In this document: piece by piece, positions 52,613 through 64,000 of the stretch
How the letters are laid out: every line of letters starts with the position of its first letter
Position numbering within the stretch: position 1 is the stretch's first letter
From: Azolla caroliniana
Taxonomy: Eukaryota > Plantae > Polypodiophyta
Direction: 5' to 3'
Assembly (NCBI GenBank): GCA_043228905.1
Contig: JBHGNT010000002.1
Location: 11,780,001-11,844,000, forward strand
DNA length: 64,000 bases
Program-made: the position numbers and the translations under genes
Notes under the pieces: generated by a model
What the model saw: the letters and a program-made list of their open reading frames with translations, nothing else
The model's database searches: none
What the model was told of the DNA's origin: nothing

Positions 52613-55139
52613 TGTCAGAGACAAGATGCCACATGGAATGGTGAGGGTTGAACCCATGATCTTCTGGTCTTATTGGGCAACCTTACCAATTGAGCTAGAT
52701 CCATCTATGTATTATTGTATTGTGTAAGACTCAACTTATTCACTATAGATTGATCACTAGAACTTTCAAGAACCTTCTAGAGAATGCATCTTCATGCACT
52801 CTCTAGAAGTCTTCTAGCTTTCATGCATACCTTCACATTCTTGTATAAATACTGGGGTGCACCTTGATTACAATCAAGGTGAACAACACCAATTACGAAA
52901 GCATATACAATTCTTGTTTATTTGTCTATCCTCTCTCTTGCTTGTTCTCTTGTCTATGCTCTCTCTCCCGCTATCTCTTAATATTGAGCCTCGTGTACTT
53001 GTCCTTGACAATCATGTGATCTTGCTTATGCTCTCGCTCTCTCTTAGTACTTAGCCTCATTCCACCTGTTCGTGACAGTTTGTTAACCTTTCCATTTTCT
53101 AAGCCTCAACATGTCGGATCTTACCGAGAGAATAAATCACCTGATGGAAGCCATGCATCAACTTTAACTTGAGAATGACAACCTTCGGGAATCGTTACGG
53201 AAGCTTCAAGTTGGAACACTGATGGAACTCGAAGAAGAAAACAACTCTCCTCCTACATCAACAAATGTTCTACCTATCGAGCATGGTTCCTTGTCTATGC
53301 TTTCTCCAACTCCTTCCCATCCCACTACAAGTTTGGAGCCCAATATTAGTTTACCTGACAAGTTCGATGGCATGAGGAAGCACTTCTGAGGGTTCATAAA
53401 TCAGATCAAGCTTATTATCCAACTACAACCTCAACAGTATGTGGATGATTTTCGTCAAGTTGGTCTCATCGGGACCCTTCTGTCCGGAGCTGCACAAGCC
53501 TGGTTTGCGCAGTTGGTCGAAACTTCATCACCACTTCTACAAAATTTTCCTGCCTTTCTGGCAGAGTTTGAGGCAACATTTGGGGATACGGAATAATGCC
53601 GAACTGCCATCACCAAACTCTATTCATTACATCAAGATATGCGTCTGGTATCCGTTTATGCCTCTGAATTTAGACAATTAGCATGTGATGTTCAGTGGGA
53701 TGGCCAAGTTCTTTGCGACCATTTTCGTCGGGGCCTTCAAAGCGAGATTAAAAATTTACTACTCAACTTTCCGGAGCCTACGTAATTGCCGCAAGCCATC
53801 ACGCAAGCAGTTAGTTGTGACAATCGGTTGTTTGAGCTTCCTCAAGAGGAACGAGCAAATTCAAGGTGGAAACCCTCTTCGAGATCTTCTCCATCGTCAT
53901 CGTACGATGACTCCGTGCCGATGGAAATTGATCGAGCTCACACCCTACCACTCACTGAGGGTGAACAGAGGTATCACCGAACCAACAGACTATGTTTATA
54001 TTGTGGTGCATCCACCCATCTCATTCGTTTTTTCCCAATCAAGAATAATCAATGACAAATATCTACAAACAATACGACAAGATGGCCCCAACAACGGGGA
54101 AACAACGGTGTCCAACTACAGTAGGAGGCATGTGGTTGGACAATCTGCATTCGTGTCGCCCCCATAGTTCGGCTACATCGACAGAAGATTTCTCCTTTTT
54201 GGTAAGCATCCATTTCAAGCCGATTTGAATTAGATCCTTAGCACTTCTAGATTCCTGGGCAAAAACGTGTTTTACGGACGAAAGGTTCGTTCATAAACAC
54301 AAATTCCCGGTTGTTCGATTGTCCAAGCCAATCCCAGTGGAAGCTATCGATGGACGCATGCTTTCTTCGGGAGCAGTCACTGAAGCCACTATCCCACTTA
54401 TCTTATAGCTCGGGGACCACCAGGAGGCCTTAACATTTTATGTTATCACTTCACCGTGACATCCAATCATCCTTAGTTTGTCTTGGCTGAAGGCACAAAA
54501 TCTACTTTTTGATTGGCACAATCACTCGATTACTTTCTCCCAAACCAACTCGGAGGTGCAAGCAAATATCTCATGTTGTTGCAGGCGCTCACCCTCCCAT
54601 TAATGTAGGAATCAACTTCAAAGAGGATGCTCACATCCCAGTCACAACAAGGAAAATAGTGCATAGTGCCTCAACGAGCAATCCAATGAGGACAACTACT
54701 GACTCACTACCGTCCAAGTATGAAGACTTCAAGGACGTATGTTACGGGCATGACCATATAATATCCCGTGGTCAGAATTTACCGTAGTATTCTATACACG
54801 TGGATAAGTGTGAGGCTTAATCGAGAGTGTAAAGAAGGGGAGGATTACTTTTAATCCTCAGGATTGAGACAACCCATTAGGCTAAGTGTGAACTTGCCTG
54901 GGGGCCTTGGGTATCACTATAAATAAGAGGCCTAGCTACCCTCATTTCATCATCTTGTTGTTGACTACGTCGAGACTCTGTCTTGTGGTGGGTCAACTCT
55001 TGTAGCGAGCACGCTAGCACCAGGTACGACTCGACGCCACGACGGTGGTATGGGACGCTGATTGAGGCTCGAGTCCGTCTCGATCCCTTCGCTTGGGGGT
55101 GGTCGGGTGGATCGACACCCTTCTTTCTCTCTCTCCTTT

Positions 55140-55179
<40 letters not shown>

Positions 55180-57719
55180 ATTCTATCCTTATCTAATGCT
55201 TACATTATTCTATGTCTCTAACAACGTATTTGAGAAAAAGAATGCTGATCACTTGTTTGAGCATCGACGCTATGACTGTCTGATTGATCTGCAAGAAGGT
55301 GCCAGTCCTCCCTTTGGCCCAATTTATGGGTTGTCGGAACCAGAACTCTAGGCACTCCGAATGTATCTCGACGAGAACCTTGAAAAGGGTTTTATTCAAC
55401 CCTCAAAATCACCAGCAGGAGCTGCTATTTTGTTCGTGAAAAAGAAAGATGGATCCTTATGCCTCTGCGTTGACTATCGAGGTCTAAACAAGATTATTGT
55501 TCGCAACCGCTAACCACTGCCTCTCATCCTAGAGCTGTTGGATCGACTCCGGACTGGGAAGATCTTTTCCAAGATTGACCTACACCACCTTTAAAATGCG
55601 CTACAAACATTTTGACTATATGCAATGCCTTTCGGCCTCACTAATATTCCTGTAGTATTTCAGCATATGATGAATGACATATTCCGAGAATATCTAGATC
55701 ATTTTGTTGTGCTCTATCTAGATGATATCTTGGTCTTCTCGTCAAACATCAAGGAGACATGTCAGGTTAGTCCTCGCCAAACTTCGCGAGCACAGACTCT
55801 ATGCTAAAAGTGAAAAATGTAAATTTGATCGTACTTCTGTAGAGTTTCTTGGGTATGTCATTTCGACACAGGGAATCACAATGGACACATAGAAAGTCCT
55901 TTTACATCCCGACCCAACTAAGTCTTTCCAAGTCAAAATGGATGCTTCCGATTTCGCCATTGGGGCGATCCTCTCCCAGCCAGATGAGGTCGATGTGCTT
56001 CACCTGGTGGCTTACTACTCTTGGAAATTCACGGCCCCAGAAATCAACTACCCCATATACAACAAGTTCGTTAAGTCATGCGATGTTTGTGCTCGCTCTA
56101 AAGCATCTCATCATCGACCATATGGTCTCCTTCACCCTCTCCCAATCCCCAAACGGCCTTGGGCCTCTCTTTCCATGGACTTCATCACTGACCTTCCCTT
56201 TGTTGGTGGTTATGGCTTGGTATTCGTCATGATCGATCGCTTCACCAAGATGGCTCATTTTGCTCCATGTGCCAAAACAATTACCGGAGAGGAGACAACC
56301 GATTTGTTTTTCAAAAATGTGGTTCGACTACATGGCCTCTTGAACGATATCACTTCTGATCGAGGACCACAATTGTTTTCCAATTTTTGGCGGCGCCTTC
56401 TGCAAACCTTTGGTTGTACTGTGAATCTATCTTCCACTTATCATCCGCAAACCGATGGACAAACAGAGTGGGTTAACCAAATCTTGGAACAATACTTGCT
56501 GTGTTCTCTTAGTTACCAACAAGACAACTGAGTTGACCTTCTCCCACTTGCCGAGTTTGCCTACAACAACTCTCTGCATGCATCTACGGGAGTTACTCCA
56601 TTTTTCGCCAACTACGGTCTCCGCGCCCGCTTCAACATTTCGCTTCCCTCTGACTCTGTCAATCCTTTTGCGGAGGACTGGGCATGTCTCTTGGAGGATA
56701 TACATTGTGAGCTTTCCTTGAAGCTCACCCTCGCTGGCAAACGCTACAAGGAGCAAGCTAACCATCATCGCTTAGATGCTCCCCAGTTTGAGGTAGGAGA
56801 CTTTGTTTGGCTTCTCCATCACAATATTGACACCACTCGTCCTTGTCTGAAGCTTGATTACAAGAAGTTAGGCCCTATCCAAATCATTGAGAAAATTGGT
56901 TCCATGGTTATCCGCTTAGAGCTACCATCCCACTTTCGTATTCATAATGTATTCCATGTCTCCCTTCTAGAACCTCGCCATATATCTGAAATCCCTGGTC
57001 GACACCCATCTCCTCCACCACCAATCCAGCTCTCAACTAGAGAAGAATATGAGGTCAACCAAATTCTCGACTCTCGCCTCTTCCGTCGCCAGCTTCAATA
57101 CCTTGTCCTCTGGAAAGGGTACCCGATCTCCGAAGCAACATGGGAGCCGGCACATCATCTCAAGCATGCCCCAGACATAGTTCGAGCATTTCATGAATGT
57201 TATCCATAAAAACCGGCCACGGGTCCAAGGAGGTGGCCTTAGAGGGAGGCTAATGTCATAGACAGGATGCCACATGGAATGGTGAGGGTTGAACCCATGG
57301 ACTTCTGGTCTTATTGGGCAACCTTACCAATTGAGCCGTATTCATCTATACATTATTGTATTGTGTAGGACTCAACTTATTTCATTATAGGTTGATCACT
57401 AGAACTTTCAAGAACCTTCTAGAGAATGCATCTTCATGCACTCTCTAGAAGTCTTCTAGCTTTCATGCATACCTCCACATTCTTGTATAAATACTGGGGT
57501 GCACCTTGATTACAATCAAGGTGAACAACACCAGTTACGAAAGCATATACAATTCTTGTTTATTTGTCTATCCTCTCTCTTGCTTGTTCTCTTGTCTATG
57601 CTCTCTCTCCTGCTATTTCTTAATATTGAGCCTCATGTACTTGTCCTTGAAAATCTTGTGATTTTGCTTATGCTCTCGCTCTGTCTTAGTACTTAGCCTC
57701 AGTCCACCCATTCGTGACA
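52613..57719 (+). mobile_element. Tcn1-like chromoviral Gypsy element with both LTRs; internal deletions and stops
   Basis: LTRs 52613-53077 and 57254-57719 (about 25 differences), TSD ACCAC, PPT at about 57240-57253. Gag SLPDKFDG, RT YLDD, RNase H DASDFAIG, integrase SDRGPQ / HPQTDGQTE, chromodomain YEVNQILDSR...YLVLWKGY...TWEP. Confidence 0.96.
54740..55223 (+). mobile_element. Solo LTR inserted in the chromovirus pol
   Basis: TGTTACGG...CTAACA with perfect TSD ACGTA (54735-54739 / 55224-55228). Confidence 0.92.
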
Positions 57720-58730
57720 ACCACATGGAAAGCATCATGCTTTTTTTGAAGTGTTCATGCACGCTAGATGTGCATGACTAGTTTTTTCTATTATGCTTTT
57801 TGTTTTAATAATAGTGTTCATGCACGTGAGATGTGCATGGATAGCTTTTTCGATCATGTGTTTTTTCTTCTAACTAAAGTTTTATGCACTCGACATGTAA
57901 AAGTAGCTTCTCCTAAAAAATATATGTGAAATAACCTTTGTATGTGGGATATCAACTTTTCTAACACTTATGATGTGTTAGTATAATGGTAAAGCTATAA
58001 ATTATTAACATGGAGGTATAAGGTTTGAATCTTGCCCTATGCATGTAATATATATTTTCATATTTATCGAATTAGGTACTTTATAGGTTTTTCACGTAAC
58101 ATACGAAATACACTACAAGATTCACCCCCTCGGAACTCGCACATCCTCCGGTATGTGCCGAAATTGCAGGTGCTCATAATTCTCCTTTGCCCGTAGTCCC
58201 TCTGTTTCTCTCACTATGTCAACTTTGTCTCTCCATTTTGAGCACACCCATTCATTCCACCCGAACCAGCATTGCCATCCGATCCACCATATTCTTCGTT
58301 CACTCTCGTTGTATAATCTTGTGTTAGAGTTGACAATCCTCACATTAGAGTCCTTCTTTGTCGAGATGTTATCCTCGGTAACACCCTTCAAATCTTCTTG
58401 CCCCTTGTCTTCCATCCATGGTTGTGCGCTTGTGTGGCCTCTTCCTTGTGTTCATTGACCTTGACCGCTTGGAGATTAGGTGTCCCGGTGCCATGATGTG
58501 GCGTGCTCGAGTGTGGGAAAAACCGGCGAAAGGGGGGGTCAAAATGTGCATGTGCAATGTGTGTGCACACAAAGGCAATTAATAGTGCACATGCAGAAGA
58601 AAAGGGAAAAGAAAGGGTGGAAAGGAGGTATAGAAGCTCGTGTAAAAAGTACGACAGAGGAGAGATAAAAAGTAGAGAGGATAGAAGGGGTATGAGATGG
58701 GGTGGTACGACAGAATGACTTACGGCACAA

Positions 58731-59019
58731 CGTTTAATTAGACCTTAATTGGCTACTTAGCAATCTGTAATTAACACGCATAAGATATAACAATGAATAC
58801 AGAACGGTAATCAACACTGGAAGATTAAGACAATAAGCTCTATTAATTATCCGCTTTTGATTACATTATAACCAGGCCTTTATATAGGTCTCTGGTGCGA
58901 AATACAAAACGGTGCCAACCGGCACCTTTACGGGATCGGTTCGGATCCAGATCGGCATACCGATTCCGGTCCGTCCGTCCACATCTTCTCATATATTAAT
59001 AAGATTACTAATTACAACA
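58731..59019. mobile_element. Possible LTR remnant
   Basis: Ends TTACAACA and has a minus-strand TATATAAAGG box. No TSD found. Confidence 0.35.
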
Positions 59020-59049
59020 GTTCCCGAATAGCTATTCCTTTTCACACTC

Positions 59050-61700
59050 TCATTTGGACCTCCTTAAGCCTTCTTGCCAGCCGGTAACAGCAAGTGATGA
59101 TTGCCAAAATCAAGAAGTTCTTTTAAACGACTTACATGAAAACCTAGATGGATTTCGACACGATAAGGGAGAATGCAATGATAGGTCTTTGAGGACTATG
59201 AAAGGTCCACAAAACAGTGGGGCTAATTTAGTGCATTTACATGTAGACAATGTCTTAGAATCGTGAGGCACACATAGAAATACCTTCTACCTAGGGTTGA
59301 ATGCACGAGGTTGCCTTTATGGTCAGCATAAAAACAAGGTCTATCTTAACCTCATTTACTTTATCTCATGCAATATGCAACATAACATATCCCTTAGAAT
59401 TTTTTGTGTACTTCTCAACTCATCATGATGTATATTAGCACCAATCGAGGCTCGTGGCTAAAAGTCATGCATCAACATAAAAGGACTATATCACATCGAT
59501 ATATGCTTGGAACTATTATAAGCAAACTCTAAAATTGGGAGATAACGTTCCAATTTTCTTGGCTTCATAGCAATGTATACTCGAAGCATGTCTTGATTAA
59601 TTTGATTTTACCTGTTCCATATGCCCATTGGATTTGAGGATGATCCATGGAGCTCATGTTGAAGATAATTTCTAACTTCTTAAAGATTTGCGTCCAAAAG
59701 TCGCTAGTAAACTTTGAATCTCGATTACTCACAATATCCATGTAGAACTCATAAAAGCGAAATAACTCATCAATAGAATGACTTAAGCCAATTCAAAAAC
59801 GATTTGTGTGGTTTTAGTAGCAATAAACTTGGCCATTTTAGTTAGTCTATAAACTATAATTCAAATGGCATCATGGCCTTTTCGGGTGCGAGGAAGGCTA
59901 ACAATAAAATCCATGGATTTACTTTCCCATTTACTACTAGGAATGTAAAGTTTAGAGGCCTTGAGTCACGCGACTTTGTTAACCTGACATTGGTGACATT
60001 CAGTCACATAGTTATGTATGTTAGGAAGTATCTTAGGACAATAGAATTGAGTGGAGATGAGACCGAGTGTGCGATGTATTCCAGGTTGCCCTGTTGAGGG
60101 TGCATTGTGGCTTTCAAAAAGAATTCCCTTTTCGACCTCAAACAATCTGTTATGGTAGAATAGACCGTTAGCAATGTAGAAGGAGCCCTTTGAGAATGTG
60201 GTGATGTTTCTTCTAGACTCAACAGTTGCCCAATGTATTTTCATTAGGATACTTTCTCAATGGTAATCATAAAGATATGATGTTATTTCAATGCAGCTAA
60301 GCATGTTAACTTCATGGATGTGATTAAGTGCATTAGCGATAGTGTTCATGGAACCCTTACGATATCATATGGTAAAATCGAAGTCCTGGATAAGATACAA
60401 CCATTGTCTTTTATGACCCTTAAGGTGGTCGGTCAACGCCATGAGTTTAATTCATGGATAAATATGAATAATTGCTTTTCTTGAACTGTATATTGACACT
60501 AGGTAGAATCAAGTTTCTTACTCTTAAATGTTATTGGTTTACCATCTTGATATAGAACAACATCAGTTTCAACATGGAATGGTTTTGAAGGATATGGTCA
60601 AAGAAGCAAAGGAAACTTGTAGACATGTTCCATGAGTTCCTTGAAGGTGAGGTCTAATGTAGCATTCCATACTATCGGGTTTGTAGACTTACGTATGTGA
60701 CATTTGAGAAAATCAATAAACCGTATCATCAACTAGGAATAATTGTGAAATGATTTTCGTAAAAACCTGACAAAACTAATGAATGATCAAACTTCTCGAA
60801 TATTCCAAAGCGTGGGCCAAAGTTTGACTTTCTCAATGGGAGAAGTATCAATTTTGACACCTCATTCAGTTATGAGATGTCCAAGATATGTAATTGATTT
60901 CTTGAAGAACTCTCATTTTAAGATCTTCGCATAGAACTCTTTGTCACTCAATGTGTGTAGAACAAAGCAGACATGTTTACCATGTTCTTCTAATGTACAA
61001 CTATAAGCTAAAATATCATCCAAGAAAATAACGACAAAATTTCCAAGTTATAACCAAAAGGCAATGGATATGAATTCTTGATCGTCACTTTATTCAACAT
61101 CGGTAATTAATACACATACACCATGTGCCCTCATTCGGTTTTAGCAAGAGAACTAGTGCACCCCATGGTGATTTACTATAACATATATAACCCATTCATA
61201 AATATTCCTTGAGTTGCTTAGAGATCTCATCCTCTTCAAATTGGCTCAATCGATACAGAGGTATACTTATTGGTGAACCCCAAGTAAAAGATCTATATGA
61301 TGTTCTATATTATGTTTAGGAGGTAGTTCATGTGGTACTTCACTTGGAAAAACATCATGAAAATAGTTTAAGATTTCATCAAGTAGTTTTTGTTCAAAGT
61401 AAGATATTATAGAGTTGAGTGTCTGGTTCAGGTACACAATAACATAAAGTATAAAAAGACAACTTGGATAGTGATGGAGAGGAAACAATCTAAGGGGATT
61501 GTTGTTAACACATTGAATAAAATGGGTACTGTAATCGTTTAGTGTAAATGTTATTGAATAGTGATCCCAATCAGTATATAAAGAAGAGTTTTTATTAAAG
61601 AACCATGGATAACCCAGTATTACATCTGTGGTATGAAGATTCATTACATGGAACTCCACATTTTCTACATAAGTATTTATGTAAATGTTGAGAGATCAAG
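59050..61700 (-). mobile_element. Highly decayed Ty3/Gypsy pol (PR-RT-RH-INT)
   Basis: DVILGYPW and ELPPKHNIEHHIDL (61267-61659), IFLDDIL near 61020, integrase zinc finger ESHNAP..GQPG...CHQCQ (59966-60244). Confidence 0.8.
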
Positions 61701-62142
61701 CTCAACTTAGTTTAGTTAGTTAGTCAACCATGTAACTTCGTAGTTACCTAGATAGAATCTTGTTAGAAGTGTTGACTATAACACTTTAAATAGGACCTTG
61801 TACTTTCCATGCTTGTAACATGCACAAAACCTTGGGCTAAAACCATGGTTTTGTGCACACGGTTTTGCTTATGTCATGGACAAACCATGGGTTTAGAACC
61901 ATGGTTTTGTGCACATGGTTTTCTAATGGTTGTTTCATCTATAATTCATATATGAAAAGTAAATACATAAAATCTACATTATATGATAGTTGTCCTAGTG
62001 GTAAGGCAATTATCTTGTATCGTAGAGGTGCAAGGTTCAAACCTTGCTTGCACCCCTCTATATGAACTCAAGTGCCACTAGGCCTTAGGAGGCTCATTTG
62101 CTAAGTGTATGTGCAATGTTGCACATCCTTGGTTTATTCGTC

Positions 62143-63297
62143 TCACTCGGTTTCACACCGTAGCTGAAAATCGTCACGACATCCACCCCCACCAAACCTG
62201 CACATCCTCCGGTATGTGCCGAGAAAGGTAAAGAGGTGAGATCTTTGGCAATGGTGATCAACCGAGTTCCTCCGCATGCTCGTCGACCTCGTCTGACTTC
62301 GTCTTCCACTTCGAGTATGCGCAATCTTTCCAACCAAACCACTGTAGCCGCCCGATCCACCATATCCGGCGCTCACACCTTCTTCCCCGATCGGTTGTAG
62401 TAGATCTACCAAACGATGTCGTCGATCCGACTGCTCTTCCTTCGTCCTTCGATTGGACTCTTGGCCACTCCTCGCGCTCACCGTCTTCAACTGGGTGTTG
62501 TGGATCATTCGTGTCGATCTCCGATTATGCCAGGTTTGCCCTTGTCCGGATCGGTCTCCGCCGATCGCTTCTTGGCTCGGTTGGCCTTCGTCTGCATTTG
62601 TATTTCGCCGAGTTGGGCTTGACCGATTGATTCTGGCCAGGTCGGGCCCCTTTTGGATCGGGATCATCCGATCGCTTTCCTCTGAATCAAGTTTCAGCCG
62701 GGTCGGCCTTTGTCGATCATCTCCCATGTGGATCTTCCTTCGTTCGGGTCGGAATCCCAGCCGGATCGTCTTCTGGTTCGACTGGTTCTCAACTCTTCCT
62801 TCCTTCCTGTATGCTGCCTCTCCATCGAACTCAACCACGACTTCATCCTTGGCCTCCTCGTCGGCCACATCCTTCCCTCCGTGTATGCTCGCCTCGAGCC
62901 ATATTGTCTCCTCTCCGCCACCTCCTTTATCTTCGGTCTTATGTCGACACACAGTCTCGACTGGCGAAGTCTTCGGAACCAGTGTGAAGGAATCCCTTCG
63001 TTCATGCACATTTACCTTGTCTTCCTCATTGCCCTTCTGGTCGTCCGCTTTTCCTTCCACACATTCCGTCTCTCTGGTCTCACGTTGGCGCACGTGCACA
63101 ACTGCCGAAGTCTCTAGAATAGATGTGGGGATATCCTTTCTTCCTCGATCTTCTTCCTCCTTGTGTTGGGCCTTCGTCTTCCCGTCACCACCTTCTGTCT
63201 CTCCGGTCTCACTTTGGCACATAGGCGCAACCGCCGAAGTCTCTGGAACAAGTGTGGAGAAAGTCTTGACATGGCTATTTGTTGTCGACTCGTCCAT
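62143..63297 (-). CDS. Orphan low-complexity ORF (about 384 aa from the first ATG) with three repeats of about 43-45 aa; probably TE-associated
   Basis: Uninterrupted GC-rich ORF; repeats TLVPETSAV.. / SILETSAV.. / TLVPKTSPV..; no recognisable domain. Confidence 0.35.
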   Translation of the reverse strand: MDESTTNSHVKTFSTLVPETSAVAPMCQSETGETEGGDGKTKAQHKEEEDRGRKDIPTSILETSAVVHVRQRETRETECVEGKADDQKGNEEDKVNVHERRDSFTLVPKTSPVETVCRHKTEDKGGGGEETIWLEASIHGGKDVADEEAKDEVVVEFDGEAAYRKEGRVENQSNQKTIRLGFRPERRKIHMGDDRQRPTRLKLDSEESDRMIPIQKGPDLARINRSSPTRRNTNADEGQPSQEAIGGDRSGQGQTWHNRRSTRMIHNTQLKTVSARSGQESNRRTKEEQSDRRHRLVDLLQPIGEEGVSAGYGGSGGYSGLVGKIAHTRSGRRSQTRSTSMRRNSVDHHCQRSHLFTFLGTYRRMCRFGGGGCRDDFQLRCETE

Positions 63298-64000
63298 AGC
63301 CACCTTCGACTCGATGTCGTTGTTACCCCGTACGAGATGTATGGAGAGTCAATGTGATGAGCGAGGGTAAAATGTTATCATGATGATTGTTGTGTGTTTG
63401 TAGGGGGCATAAATGTAATCGTGAGTCGATACGTATGTGAACACATGCACACGTGTGTGCATGTGGATGGATACGAGGAGGTATGAGTGAGTGTCCAGTA
63501 TGAATGCTCTAGGGGGCTTACACCCCTTTGTATCTACCCCCTCTTGTACTATTTAACCCCCTTATGGGGAATGAATGATGAATAACCATTTTTCTCTCTC
63601 TCAATCTCTCTCTTGTCATCTCTCTCTTCTATCTCCCCTTAACGTTGAACCCCCTTGGGAGGGGGGTGGAGCCATTCTAGGCACCACCCCCCACCCCGTA
63701 ATGCTTCTCAATCACTTGTCAACATCTTCATCTCAATCTCTCTCACCATCATACTCTCCACCATCTTCACTATTCCACCATTTCTATCTTCGTCATCGAT
63801 AATCATCATTACCATTAACCCTAACCCTAAAACCTATAACACCTTTTGGCGACCACTAAGGCGACCCCCCTTTGGAGACGAAGTCGAAGACTAGGATGCG
63901 GCAAAGACATGGCAACGATGAAATGTGCGAGAAATCAAATGGATGATGTGCGGGAAATGGTGATGTTGATTAGAAGCCGTCGAGGTCGAGGAATGCAACA

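Noticed and set aside
52633-52704. Functional tRNA gene
   Set aside because: A and B boxes are present but acceptor, D and anticodon stems do not pair; reported as a tRNA-like cassette.
58111-58125. CACTA transposon terminus (CACTACAAGA)
   Set aside because: No matching opposite TIR, TSD or transposase found in the window; mentioned only as context.
62453-63370. 305-aa plus-strand ORF
   Set aside because: Ser-rich mirror of the minus-strand ORF with a non-ATG start.
63815-63840. Interstitial telomere
   Set aside because: Only a few imperfect AACCCT units; more likely a telo-box or TE motif.

Overview
Eukaryotic, TE-dense land-plant DNA. The retroelement types (Tcn1-like chromoviruses, a tRNA-Trp-primed Gypsy, an RTEX-type LINE) suggest a moss or other bryophyte, which is an inference. 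There is one host gene, a 15-exon kinesin-8 (KIN8B-like, + strand, CDS 15773-36804, about 670 aa). Its third intron is expanded to about 16.7 kb by an L1 remnant, a Copia element, two hAT-like inserts and an RTEX LINE that ends exactly at the exon-4 splice acceptor. The flanks are nested, mostly decayed Gypsy and Copia elements with many recognisable LTRs, TSDs, PBS and PPT signals, plus solo LTRs, hAT-like MITEs, a PRP22 helicase gene fragment and an orphan repeat-containing ORF. Most notable: (1) two different Tcn1-like chromoviruses lack a tRNA PBS but show Tf1-type self-priming complementarity, and both carry a tRNA-like A-box/B-box cassette facing outward in U3; (2) antisense LINE ORF1 appears to supply the kinesin 3' splice region; (3) the kinesin has a shortened loop 2 and a frameshifted coding-like repeat after its stop. 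All coordinates were read by eye and no searches were run.
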